A DNA stretch of 64,000 bases from an uncultured Nitrospiraceae bacterium (GCA_963811165.1 CAWEQH010000010.1:672001-736000), one strand, 5' to 3'. Numbered from the stretch's first letter, positions 30,072-39,844 are shown. Numbers and translations: made by a program. The notes: generated by a model from the sequence alone, not told the origin.

Positions 30072-31944
30072 CTAACCGCCCGCGGCCTTCAGCTCGCCGA
30101 GTTTTTCCTCAAACTCCCGCGCTTTTTTCCCAAGCTCCCCGGTAAGGGTTTCGAGTTCCTCAAAGAGAACATCTATCGTCCCTTTTGCCTCGTGGACCGA
30201 CTTCGAAAGCCTCCTTATGGATTCGCCGTCTCCTTTTACCGAGGCCTCAACGAGTGCCTGCGTCTCCTTTGTAACGGTATCTTCGAGTTGGATGATCGCC
30301 TGCTCCACCTCATCGATCCTCGCCTGGAGCGGTCCGATAGTCCTTGAGCGGCCGTTGATCAGTTCGGCCTTTATTCTTCTTAGGTCCTTTCTGTTTATCC
30401 CGCTGTCTTTTCCGTTCGGCCCGGACCTTTTTGGAGCGGCCTCTTCTTCCTCGTCCTTCCATCCCTGCCTGTCGAGAAAGTCCTGGTAACTCCCCTCGAA
30501 CGCCTCCACCTTGCCGTCGTCGAAGACCACAAGCCTGGTTGCCAGGGCATGCAGGATCATCTCGCTGTGGGTGACGATCACCACTGCACCGTCGAATGCA
30601 TCTATCGCCTCAAGAAGCGAATCGATCGACTCCATATCAAGATGGTTGGTCGGTTCGTCGAGCAAAAGAAGATTGGCGGGACTCACAAGGAGTTTGGCAA
30701 GAAGCACCCGGCTCTTTTCTCCCCCCGAAAGCACGCCCACTTTTTTAAGGGCGTTGTCTCCTTCGAACATCATCGTCCCGCAGATCGTCCTTGCGGCCTT
30801 GCGGTTATAATCAGGATGCGCGTCCAGGACCTCTGATTCGACCGTCTTTGCCGGATCGAGCCGTTGGATGTTCGTCTGTCCGAAATAGGCCGGCAGGGAC
30901 CTTGGATGTCTTGCTACGGCACCCTTGAGCGGCTGCAGTTCGCCCGCCAGGAGGTTCAGAAGAGTCGTCTTGCCCCTGCCGTTTTTCCCGATCACGGCTA
31001 TCCGGTCCCTTTTCCCGATCTTTAGGTCCAGGCCGCCTATCAGCGGGGGACCGGAGGGGTCAAAGGAAAAAGAGACGCCCTCTGCCTCGATAAGATATTT
31101 GCCCGTAAACGGGGCGGCCGTAAACGCGAAGTCGAGGTCCTTTATCTCCGACATCCTGTCGAGTCTTTCCTTCTTTTGGAGGGCCTTTATCTTCGACTGG
31201 ACCGCCCGCGCCCTCGTTGCCTGCGCCCTGAAGCGGTTTATAAACTGCTCGATGTCTTTTCTCTTCTTTTCCTCATTGACCCTGGTCTGTTCATAGACCT
31301 CCTCCTCCATCAGGATCTGCTGATAGAGCTTGTCGGTCGGCCCGGCGATCTTCCGTATAGCCGGTGCGATGGATGCCCATGGTATGAGTTGTGACACCGT
31401 CCATAAAGTCCCTGTCGTGGGTGATCAGGATCATCTCTCCCTTCCAGGACCTCAGGAACCTGGTGAGCCAGCGTATCGAGACCACGTCGAGGTAGTTGGT
31501 AGGCTCGTCGAGGAGGAGCAGGTTCGGCTCCGACACCAGCAGTTTCGCCAGGTTCAGCCGCACCTGGTAGCCCCCTGAGAGGTCAAGCGGACTGCGGGAG
31601 AAGTCCTCGCCTGAAAACCCGAGCCCCATCAAGATGGTCTCGACTTTGTAAGATTCGTCCCTTCCGTCTTCGAAGGACCTCAGTCCAAGACACCCCTCTT
31701 TCAGGACAGAGTTCTCTGTAAAATTCAGATGCTGTGAGAGATACCCGATCGTATAGTTGTTCGGAATACCGATGACCCCGGAATCCGGTTTCTCAAGGCC
31801 CGTTATCATCCTAAAGAGGGTCGTCTTGCCGTGGCCGTTCCTGCCGACCAGACCGATCCGCTCGCCGGCATTGACCGTAAAGCCGATATCGTCGAAGATG
31901 ACCTGGGTGCCATAGGACTTAGAGAGGTTGCTTACCTGTATCAT
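30072..31944 (-). CDS. ABC-F family ATP-binding protein with one frameshift near 31360
   Basis: First ABC domain ([22 protein letters not shown]) in 31291-31944 and second ([17 protein letters not shown]) in 30072-31397; the span is 3n+1. Confidence 0.85.
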
Positions 31945-32035
31945 AGACCCTGTATTTTAACGGAAGGAAGATGATTAAGTCATGAAGAGCGATTCACTTT
32001 TTCTCACTTACTATTTTTTTTACGCAAGGTTTTTC

Positions 32036-32833
32036 TTACTTCTTACCGTTAGTGTTCACGGTTTTTTGCGGGTTCGTAATCAGCCACCAGGGGGTCTCAA
32101 AATCTATCTTGTCTTTCGGTATTTGGAAAGGCTGCTTCCTGAAATAATACTCCCAAAATTCGTCTCTGAGTTCCTTCTGATAAATCTCAAAATTGCCTTT
32201 TTTCTCTTCACTCATCAGGAAGGCCCTGTATGCCCCGAACGGCTCGGGGCCGGACTGCTGAGAGACCACCTCGCCGCCATATATTGAGTAGAGCGCCTGG
32301 TTGACTTTCCATGTCTCTACAACCTGCCTGCCGATTTCACGATAGGTCCTCAGTTGCTTCTCCTTTCCCTCGGACAGAAAAACCTTGAGTCCTCTTATCC
32401 TCCGCTCAAGCTCCGCCTTTTTCTCGGGGGTAAGGCCCTCTTTTTTTAGTTCATCCTCCCATTCCTGGATGTTCTTCTCGTAGGCCGTCTTTGCCTCTTT
32501 TCCTTTGGCGATCATAGCATTCGCGAAATCATCGAGGTCCTTGTCAGAAACCCGGATAGCCAATTCCTCCATGAATTGCTTCTTTAACGGTTGCCAGATC
32601 AACTCGTTCAGCCTCTTCCGCCTGTATTCAGCCAATACGGCAGACAACTTCTCCTGCGGGACCGATTTTTTGAGGTCTTTCACTGTCTTTGAATCCGGTT
32701 CAATATCTTTCGCGTAAATCTGCGAGGCAAGGACCCTTGCGACCGGTTTCTCTGCCGGCGGCAACTCGGCCCCCGCAGGCGCCATCGTTAAAACAGCTGC
32801 CATGCAAAGCAGCATACCTTTTATATTCATCAC
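32036..32833 (-). CDS. Exported helical protein, SurA N-terminal-like (uncertain)
   Basis: Signal peptide, PVARVL...I and charged helical body; GGAGG RBS. Confidence 0.55.
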   Translation of the reverse strand: MMNIKGMLLCMAAVLTMAPAGAELPPAEKPVARVLASQIYAKDIEPDSKTVKDLKKSVPQEKLSAVLAEYRRKRLNELIWQPLKKQFMEELAIRVSDKDLDDFANAMIAKGKEAKTAYEKNIQEWEDELKKEGLTPEKKAELERRIRGLKVFLSEGKEKQLRTYREIGRQVVETWKVNQALYSIYGGEVVSQQSGPEPFGAYRAFLMSEEKKGNFEIYQKELRDEFWEYYFRKQPFQIPKDKIDFETPWWLITNPQKTVNTNGKK

Positions 32834-33166
32834 TTACCTCCGAAAAAAAGTATCATAAAATAATAGCATAATTGCCTTTGTACTTTGCCACTCTCACGTT
32901 TTCTTCTTTACAACCTGGCCCGCTTTTCATTAATATTTATCAGCGGATCGGGGGAGTCTTCCTCTTGTATGCTTGCCTTATTGGAAATGCGGGTCTCAAA
33001 AGAAAAGGGGATTTTCAGTCAATCGATATTGCCGCAGCAGTGGAGGGCTGCAATAAACGGCGGTAGCCTGCGCAAAAATGGATCAGCCGTCGCGCTCTCC
33101 GCAGGTCATATCTCCCAAAAGAAAAATCTGTTAAACTAAAGTCGAGGAAGAACTAAGGAGTATCAA

Positions 33167-33367
33167 ATGAGCAAAATCGAAAACATCGAAAGAGAAATCA
33201 AAGGACTGACTCCGGATGAGCTCCAGGCTTTTCGTAAATGGTTCTGGGCATTCGATGCCGAAGAATGGGATCAACAGTTTGAAAAAGATGCATTGTCCGG
33301 CAGACTGGATTCTGTTGCGGAGGACGCACTTAAATCCTATAAGGCCGGGAACTGCAAAGAGATTTGA
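33167..33367 (+). CDS. Putative antitoxin of a RelE/ParE-like TA pair
   Basis: 66 aa, WDQQFEKD...GRLD pattern; stop overlaps the start of a toxin-like gene. Confidence 0.7.
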   Translation: MSKIENIEREIKGLTPDELQAFRKWFWAFDAEEWDQQFEKDALSGRLDSVAEDALKSYKAGNCKEI

Positions 33368-33619
33368 AGCATTTTTGCTTCACCTGAGTTTTGGGCTCTT
33401 TATAAAAGCCTGCCACAAACTGTTCAAGACCTCGCCGATCGCACTTTCAACTTATTAAAGAATGATTCTCGGCACCCTTCCCTTCATCTGAAGAAAGCCG
33501 GGCGATATCGGTCGTGCCGAATCGGATTGCATTATCGTGCAGTTGCCGTTGAAGTTTCCGATGGGCTCCTCTGGTTCTGGATCGGCAGCCATGAAGACTA
33601 TAACAAACTGATGGGTTGA
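33364..33619 (+). pseudogene. RelE/ParE-like toxin with a +1 T in a T-run near its 5' end
   Basis: Removing one T gives MKHFASPEFWALYKSLPQTVQDLADRTFNLLKNDSRHPSLHLKKAGRYRSCRIGLHYRA...WFWIGSHEDYNKLMG (84 aa). Confidence 0.7.
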
Positions 33620-33642
33620 TCAACTCCGACTTGAATTGCCGG

Positions 33643-34938
33643 TCACGAACTTTCCTTTAAAAGGGCATCGAGCGGACTCATAGGGACATTTTGAATATCA
33701 CGCAGCACATGGGTATAGATCATCGTAGTCTCTAAGCTCTTATGGCCGAGAAGGTCCTGGATCTCCCTGATGTTGACACCCTTCATAAGCAGGTGAGTTG
33801 CAAAACTGTGCCTCAAGGTATGGACCGTCGCGTGTTTGACAATGCCAGCCTTCTTCACTGCTGTACCTATGGCATCCTGGATGCCCTTGTCGCTAATGTG
33901 GTGGCGTCTGACCTTGCCGCTTCGCGGGTCGACCGAGAGTTTAGCAGAAGGGAAAACATATTGCCATTTCCATTCTTTAGCCGCATTGGGAAATTTTCTT
34001 GCGAGCGCACTTGGAAGATAGACTTCACCGTGTCCAGCTGCCAGGTCTTTATCGTGCAGAGTTTTCGCCCTCGGAAGATGGAGTCGGAGCGGCTCCTTGA
34101 CAGCCTCTGAAAGAATGGTCGATCTGTCCTTGTCTCCCTTGCCGTTTCGGACAACGAGCAGGCCTCCATCGAAGTCGATATCCAGCACCCTCAATCTGGC
34201 GAGTTCCATGACGCGCAGGCCCGAGCCGTACAAGAGCTGTGCAATCAACAGCGACGTACCTGATAAGTGATGGAAGAGCGCTTTCACTTCTTCGATAGAC
34301 AGCACCACAGGTAGTTTTTTCCCTCGCTTGGCCCAGACCATGCCTGAAATATCGCCGAGGTCCCGTCCGAGCACGTCGCGGAAAAGAAACACAAGGGCAC
34401 AAAGCGCCTGATTCTGTGTTGAAGACGAAACCTGTTTACTGATTGCAAGATGGCTCAGGAAATTCTGAACGGCTTCCGGTGTAATAGCCGCGGCAGGGTT
34501 GTCACTTGCGGTCTCCCGCATATATGCGAAGAACCGCTCCGCCCAGTCAAGATAAGAAAGTTCGGTATTGTAGGCAAAGTGTTTGAGTCTAATCAACCGC
34601 TTCATCTCTGCAAGGAGCTTAGGTCTTTCAGAAAGTCGGCCTTCCGGCCTCTCTTTTCCAGACAATGCCTTCAACTTTTCGCCGCCTTTAAAATGGCTAA
34701 GATAGAGGCGCACAGCCTCCCCCGCCTGGCGGACCTGCCAGTCATGGATGTCCTCCTTGGCTTTGAGGGAGTCCAGAAACTCGGCAACTGTAAGATCGAT
34801 ATCTTGTTGTCCCTTCCTGTTGCTGAAAGCAAGGAACTTGCTGGCCCAGATTGCCAGAAAAAGGACGTGTTTTTCGGGAGCTAATTTGTGCGAAAGAAGA
34901 AATTCTTGAAACTCAGGCAAGATCCCGTTGCCGATCAT
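33643..34938 (-). CDS. intI: Integron integrase (tyrosine recombinase) with N-terminal extension
   Basis: [33 protein letters not shown]; IntI-specific insert [24 protein letters not shown]; divergent from an attC array. Confidence 0.95.
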   Translation of the reverse strand: MIGNGILPEFQEFLLSHKLAPEKHVLFLAIWASKFLAFSNRKGQQDIDLTVAEFLDSLKAKEDIHDWQVRQAGEAVRLYLSHFKGGEKLKALSGKERPEGRLSERPKLLAEMKRLIRLKHFAYNTELSYLDWAERFFAYMRETASDNPAAAITPEAVQNFLSHLAISKQVSSSTQNQALCALVFLFRDVLGRDLGDISGMVWAKRGKKLPVVLSIEEVKALFHHLSGTSLLIAQLLYGSGLRVMELARLRVLDIDFDGGLLVVRNGKGDKDRSTILSEAVKEPLRLHLPRAKTLHDKDLAAGHGEVYLPSALARKFPNAAKEWKWQYVFPSAKLSVDPRSGKVRRHHISDKGIQDAIGTAVKKAGIVKHATVHTLRHSFATHLLMKGVNIREIQDLLGHKSLETTMIYTHVLRDIQNVPMSPLDALLKESS

Positions 34939-35052
34939 TTTGCAAAATCCCCCTTGCTATACGAACTTCGCTTTTGCCCGGTATTTTCCATCATATGCGA
35001 AATCTTAGTCAAGCGCTTTATTTATTTTTACTTGATTTTAAATGATTTTTTG

Positions 35053-35082
35053 TTGACCCCTTATAAGATGTTATGCTACATT
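35053..35082 (+). promoter_or_regulatory. Candidate cassette promoter Pc
   Basis: TTGACC-18 bp-TACATT with TG extension, just upstream of attI. Confidence 0.45.
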
Positions 35083-35088
35083 TTCGAA

Positions 35089-35120
35089 AAAGGGGAACTT
35101 CGTATAGTAATATGTTAAGC
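35089..35120 (+). other. Putative attI site; crossover core GTTAAGC at 35114-35120
   Basis: The core is the exact complement of the first attC inverse core GCTTAAC (35678); located between intI and the first cassette. Confidence 0.75.
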
Positions 35121-35130
35121 CGAAAATAGA

Positions 35131-35289
35131 ATGAATATAATTGGCAATATTATCCGATTCGTTTTAGATTCAATAGGACAAGAGGCTGATTCTAAGGAAA
35201 AGACTGAAGGATTAATTTTACTACAGATTTTTGTCTTGTTCATCTTAGCTGTCGGCGGGCTATTCTGGCTTTTCTATCACTTCATGTGA
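35131..35289 (+). CDS. Cassette 1 small membrane peptide (52 aa)
   Basis: Manual translation MNIIGNIIRFVLDSIGQEADSKEKTEGLILLQIFVLFILAVGGLFWLFYHFM; starts just after the core site. Confidence 0.55.
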   Translation: MNIIGNIIRFVLDSIGQEADSKEKTEGLILLQIFVLFILAVGGLFWLFYHFM

Positions 35290-35315
35290 AACAGAGAACT
35301 AAGAGGGAAAGATAA

Positions 35316-35663
35316 ATGTCATTCTGGTGGTACAAGCGCGATAAGAATGGGAAGAATATATTATGGCAAATCGAATTCTACCCCATGGTGTTCATGGTCA
35401 TCATCGGATTGCTTGCCGCACTAGTCGGACCACGGCTTTTCGGCAATCTAGGGTTTATAATTATTTTCCCATCTCTGCTCATGTTTGCGGGCCTTATCTG
35501 TTTGATTATCGCGAAGGTATCGCTATACAAAAAAGGCATATGGCATTCATTTGGCACCAAGAACATGTCTCTGGGCTGCGCTGCTCTATATCGGGCTGCT
35601 TATATTCTGCTAACGGCAGGCGTGGTTATATTGGTCTTGCTATTAACTGCAATACGAAAATAA
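35316..35663 (+). CDS. Cassette 1 membrane protein, unknown function
   Basis: 115 aa, about 3 TM segments, GAGGGA RBS, ends just before attC1. Confidence 0.75.
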   Translation: MSFWWYKRDKNGKNILWQIEFYPMVFMVIIGLLAALVGPRLFGNLGFIIIFPSLLMFAGLICLIIAKVSLYKKGIWHSFGTKNMSLGCAALYRAAYILLTAGVVILVLLLTAIRK

Positions 35664-35677
35664 AATGCGACACCTGA

Positions 35678-35765
35678 GCTTAACAAGAAAATCGAGGCGA
35701 CAGGGACTAACCTCGTTGGGTTTTCAGGGTATGGTTGCCCCTGCGCCTCATTTGGGTCGTTGTGT
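35678..35765 (+). repeat. attC site 1
   Basis: GCTTAAC...AAT(C)GAGGCG(A)CAGGG / CCCTGCGCCTCATT...GTTGTGT; the unpaired C and A correspond to the extrahelical G and T of the bottom strand. Confidence 0.9.
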
Positions 35766-35803
35766 GCAAATAAATTCAAAATATTAACCAGGAGACATAA
35801 TTG

Positions 35804-36211
35804 ATGGCAACAATTGCAATCATTATTAATGTAATACTTGGGTTACTCATACTCGGGTTACAAATTTGGATGAATATTAAGCTCAGATTTGCTAAGACAC
35901 AAGCAGAGGCAACAGCCCATGCCAAGAATCTTCTTTCAACTCTTGGTTTTGCCTTAATGAACTGCATTATTATTTTTATCTTATTTCGCGAATTTACTTC
36001 GGCTGCTCCACTTGATAGAAAATCATTATATTTCATAATTTCGTTCTCCCTTACCCTTTTCGCCATCTGGTTTTTATGGCTTCTAAAACCAATGTTATTG
36101 CTTCTCGGTGATCTAGTAACTCTCCATAAATTACATATTTCGGAATCTCATGGCACCACCGAAAAAGGAATAAAGACCACACAACACCAGCATCAAGCAG
36201 ACGGGGAATAA
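35804..36211 (+). CDS. Cassette 2 membrane protein (reads into attC2)
   Basis: AGGAG RBS; about 3 TM segments. Confidence 0.7.
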   Translation: MATIAIIINVILGLLILGLQIWMNIKLRFAKTQAEATAHAKNLLSTLGFALMNCIIIFILFREFTSAAPLDRKSLYFIISFSLTLFAIWFLWLLKPMLLLLGDLVTLHKLHISESHGTTEKGIKTTQHQHQADGE

Positions 36212-36269
36212 TGCCTTTTCTTTTTTCATTCATCGTTCTTCCCCCCGCTGCTTATGCTCATCGTTAAGC
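36179..36269 (+). repeat. attC site 2
   Basis: ACACAAC...CAT(C)AAGCAG(A)CGGGG / CCCCGCTGCTTATG...GTTAAGC. Confidence 0.9.
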
Positions 36270-36279
36270 CCAAAATATA

Positions 36280-36591
36280 ATGATCGAAGAATTATATAAA
36301 GAACATCTCAAGAGGAAATTTCCTGCCGGGTATGGCGGCGAGGAAGTCCTAGGCATTGATCTCGCACTGCTTGATGGAGACACTGCTGGGTGCATCCAAA
36401 CATTTATTATCCAAAAGAAAAATAACAACAATTTGGATACTAGGCGCACAGCAATTCTTGGCCTTTGCTACAGAGACCTTACAGTGGTAGTTCGAGAACT
36501 AACTGGAGAGGCAAAAGAACATTTCAATGCACTTGAAACAATGGCTCGACTAACTCTTGAGGCAATAATAAGTGCAGAACAAAAGGCTTAA
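36280..36591 (+). CDS. Cassette 3 hypothetical soluble protein
   Basis: 103 aa; stop TAA lies within the inverse core GCTTAAC. Confidence 0.75.
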   Translation: MIEELYKEHLKRKFPAGYGGEEVLGIDLALLDGDTAGCIQTFIIQKKNNNNLDTRRTAILGLCYRDLTVVVRELTGEAKEHFNALETMARLTLEAIISAEQKA

Positions 36592-36675
36592 CACGCGGCT
36601 CGATCCGACCGGGATTAAGCCCGCTCGGTTTTCGCAAAGGCTGGTTGCCCCGGCGGCTCAGCCATTTCGTTAAAC
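36586..36675 (+). repeat. attC site 3
   Basis: GCTTAAC...GGCT(C)GATCCG(A)CCGGG / CCCGGCGGCTCAGCC...GTTAAAC. Confidence 0.88.
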
Positions 36676-36704
36676 GGTAATAATAAAATAGAAAATAATA
36701 ATTC

Positions 36705-36953
36705 ATGATTCGTTATCTTGTAATCAGTTTGATTGTCTTGGCTGCTGTCGGCATACTTTTAATTACTTATGTCCAGACAAGAATAATTAAACAGCATGGA
36801 ATACGGCATTTTCAAAAAAGAGGTTTCATGAATGTTTATTGGAATGACCGAACAAAAACAGAAAGATGGTGCTTCTGGGTTGGGTTGGTACTCGCTTCGT
36901 TAATTTTTATAGTTGCGTTCACAGTTGGCATATGGCAAAAATTAAACGTTTAA
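36705..36953 (+). CDS. Cassette 4 small two-TM protein
   Basis: 82 aa; stop lies in the inverse core GTTTAAC. Confidence 0.72.
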   Translation: MIRYLVISLIVLAAVGILLITYVQTRIIKQHGIRHFQKRGFMNVYWNDRTKTERWCFWVGLVLASLIFIVAFTVGIWQKLNV

Positions 36954-37038
36954 CACGCGCATCGAGGCGACAGGGCATTAACTGTCGGTTTTTTTTCATT
37001 AATTATATTTGCCCTGCCCCTCATGCTTTTCGTTGTGG
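36948..37038 (+). repeat. attC site 4
   Basis: GTTTAAC...GCAT(C)GAGGCG(A)CAGGGCA / TGCCCTGCCCCTCATGC...GTTGTGG. Confidence 0.88.
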
Positions 37039-37048
37039 CGCAATATAA

Positions 37049-37438
37049 ATGAAAAAACAAATAATAATATTAAGCCTAATTAGCGCTCTCTTTGTCGTAT
37101 TTGCGCTCATGACACTTTCTACATTTTTCTGGGCAAAACTGAATTGGAGGATCATATTCCATGTCGTGGTCTTTTCAATGTTCTCGCTATCCGTCGCAGT
37201 TGGGCTGCTCAAACGCTACCAATGGGCTCGCTGGCTTGCAGTGGCTTCAATGACTATTGGCATTGCAAATTCTATGGTCGGTGGGTATAAGGATATTCAA
37301 CTCATGTCGGCTCATTATCCCGATGTACCCATTTTCGTATTTTGGCTCGTCGGCGCACCGCTGTGGGCTGTTATTGGTTTATCGATATGGTGGCTCGCAA
37401 AGCCTTCAACTAAAGCATTATTCATCAGTAAAGGATGA
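37049..37438 (+). CDS. Cassette 5 four-TM membrane protein
   Basis: 129 aa, hydrophobic, GLLKRYQWARW motif. Confidence 0.75.
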   Translation: MKKQIIILSLISALFVVFALMTLSTFFWAKLNWRIIFHVVVFSMFSLSVAVGLLKRYQWARWLAVASMTIGIANSMVGGYKDIQLMSAHYPDVPIFVFWLVGAPLWAVIGLSIWWLAKPSTKALFISKG

Positions 37439-37583
37439 AATCGCACGACAAAAAAACGAGGCCACGACAGCAACCGATATTAACAGCCAAGTTAAAGGCA
37501 ATATAACGACGAAGGATATCGAAGCCAACGGCAATTAAAGGCAAGGCACACGGCAATGAAAACAAAGGCAAATATGAAGGCAG

Positions 37584-37674
37584 CCACAACAATTTGCTCC
37601 AGGCGACGCGGGAATAACGGTGGTTCTTTTTTGGTTATCGCTGGTTGCCCCGCGCCCTGAGCATAACGTTCTGC
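37584..37674 (+). repeat. attC site 5
   Basis: CCACAAC...TGCT(C)CAGGCG(A)CGCGGG / CCCGCGCCCTGAGCA...GTTCTGC. Confidence 0.88.
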
Positions 37675-37684
37675 GATAACGCCG

Positions 37685-37819
37685 TCACCGTGATAGCCCT
37701 GTCAATATGAACATCCCTGCGAGAAATGGGGCCGCTGCCGATGCGCCGAATAAAAAGGCATATAAAACGGCAAATGCCAGACATGCTAACCAACAGGCTC
37801 CTCTTATATCTTTGGTCAT
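37685..37819 (-). CDS. Cassette 6 antisense-oriented hydrophobic peptide (44 aa)
   Basis: AAGGAGG RBS; MTKDIRGACWLACLAFAVLYAFLFGASAAAPFLAGMFILTGLSR fits entirely inside the cassette. Confidence 0.6.
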   Translation of the reverse strand: MTKDIRGACWLACLAFAVLYAFLFGASAAAPFLAGMFILTGLSR

Positions 37820-37852
37820 CTTACCTCCTTAAAATGAAGAAATTTAGAGGCC

Positions 37853-37941
37853 GCAGAACAATAAAATCGAAGCGACAGGGCATAACCCTGCCGGTTTTCA
37901 ATTCTATTGCTGTTCATGCCCCGCGCCTCATTTTGAGCGTT
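37853..37941 (+). repeat. attC site 6, interrupted by an IS right after its GTT
   Basis: GCAGAAC...AAAAT(C)GAAGCG(A)CAGGGCAT / ATGCCCCGCGCCTCATTTT...GTT; the core resumes as GTTGTAC at 39752. Confidence 0.85.
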
Positions 37942-39751
37942 GAAGCTGTAGAAAAAGTCAAAAAAGGCTGGAAGAACGCCATTCTGATTTGATAAGATGC
38001 TAGGAGACGGGTTAGCAAGGAGGGAGAGAGAGTGGCGAGATACAAAGAATACGACTATTCACAGGGGAAATTCATACCGATACAATTTGACAAGCAGATA
38101 CTACCGGGGACGTTTGAGCATACCCTTCATTATCTAATCGACAACGAAATAGACCTTTCGATCTTTGATGCGAGATACCAAAACGACGAGACCGGGGCGC
38201 CGGCCTACGATCCGGCGATACTGCTGAAGATAATACTGTATGCCTATTCCAGGGGGATCACCTCAAGCCGGAAGATAGCGCAGTGCTGTGAGGAGAACAT
38301 AATCTTCATGGCGTTGTCGGCAGACACAAGGCCGCATTTCACAACCATAGCGGACTTCATCTCATCGGTAGACCAGGAGATCATAAAACTATTTCTTCAA
38401 GTCCTGTCTGACGTGCGATGCAATGGGGCTGATAGGCAAAGAGATGTTTGCGGTGGACGGCTGCAAGATGCCCTCGAATGCCTCGAAGGAGTGGAGCGGG
38501 ACAAAAGAAGAGCTGCAGGCACAAAAAGAGAAGATGGAGAAGGCGATCCGGCAGATAATCGGAAGGCATCGGGAAATGGATGCGAAGGAGAAAGACAAAG
38601 GGATCATCGAGCAGGAAGAGAAATACGTTGAGACGATGAAAAAGAAGGTAAAGAAGATAAAGGAGTGGCTTGAGGACAACGACGACAAGCCCGGCAAGAG
38701 AGGCAAGCCGATAAAGAGCAACATCACGGACAACGAAAGCGCCAAGATAAAGACCTCGCATGGGGTGATACAGGGATATAACGGAGTGGCGGTGGTGGAT
38801 GACAAACACCAGGTGATAGTGCATGCGGAGGCCTTCGGGGCGGCGCAGGAGCATGATCTTTTAGAGCCGATGATAGAGGGGACGAAGGAGAACTTTGAAG
38901 AGATCGGAGAGGAAGACGTATTTGAGAAAGCAAAGCTTGTAGCCGACAGCGGATATCATACCGAGAAGAATATGCAGATGGTAATGGAAGAAGGGATAGA
39001 CGCATACATAGCGGACACACAGTTTCGGAAGAGAGACCCGAGGTTTGCGGATGTGGATAAATACAAAGAGCGATCCAGGAAAGAACAAAGAGAATTCAAC
39101 GGGACGAAGATGTTATACCGAGCCGAAGGACTTCACGCATCACAGAGGACAAGAAGTTTTGCATCTGTCCTGCGGGGAAGAGACTATATTGTAAAGGCGG
39201 CAATGTGATTATCAACGGATACAAGGCGATGAAGTTCCACGGGCGAAAGACGGACTGCCGGGTTTGTGAAGCAAGGGCAAAGTGTCTTAAATATCCGGAC
39301 ACGAACCGAAGCCCGTCAGGTGTGCTTTTTTCAGGGGCAGGAGACGAGACAGAGCGGACAACGTTTACCGAAAGGATGAAACAAAAGATAGATTCGATAA
39401 AAGGCAGACTCATCTATAACCGAAGACTCGGAACAGCCGAGCCTCCCTTTGCCCATATCAGTCAATACTGGGATTGGATAGATTTACCTTCAGAGGAAAA
39501 CGAAAGGTGAATACCCAATGGCTGCTCTACTGTATTACGCACAATCTCATAAAAGTGCATCGATATGCAGAAGGGTTTGCATAGAAAGAAAAAAAGGAAG
39601 GGCGATGCCTCAGTGAAAGGGCTGTAAAAGAGGATTTAACAACCCCCGTCGATCCAGAACAGCATTAACGGAGAATAAACCGGCAGCTTCAATCGGAGAA
39701 ATACAAAAGAAGATGATGAGGAATCAAAAACAGACTTATTTCTACAGACTC
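37942..39751 (+). mobile_element. IS1182-family insertion sequence (1810 bp)
   Basis: Imperfect IRs GAAGCTGTAGAAAAAGTC / GACTTATTTCTACAGACTC; GTT duplicated on both sides; transposase inside. Confidence 0.85.
38032..39584 (+). pseudogene. IS1182-family DDE transposase with several frameshifts
   Basis: GAPAYDPAILLKIILYAYSRGITSSRKI, FAVDG.K..SNAS, QGYN, VADSGY, AEPPF and W.LYCITHNL spread over different frames. Confidence 0.85.
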
Positions 39752-39844
39752 GTTGTACCAAGAAATTAAATGAAATCAAAGACGGCTTTGTCGTCATAAT
39801 CCCGTATCGTCTATAGCAGACGGATGGAAAAAAGGAGGAAGGAA

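Noticed and set aside
30072..31944. Programmed frameshift in the ABC-F gene
   Set aside because: No slippery site was seen, and several other genes carry single-base indels, so sequencing error is more likely.
33130..33136. GTTAAAC upstream of the TA pair as a cassette core
   Set aside because: No complementary inverse core or attC follows the pair; it fits an extended -10 promoter equally well.
35096..35120. A true loxP site or cloning-vector contamination
   Set aside because: Only one partial arm matches and there is no second arm at 8-bp spacing; the context is a native attI.
37439..37583. Second antisense hydrophobic ORF in cassette 5
   Set aside because: No convincing start codon or RBS, and the hydrophobic character is not confined to one frame.
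37726..37992. 88-aa plus-strand ORF as the cassette 6 gene
   Set aside because: It runs through the attC and into the IS end and lacks an RBS; the minus-strand 44-aa ORF fits the cassette better.
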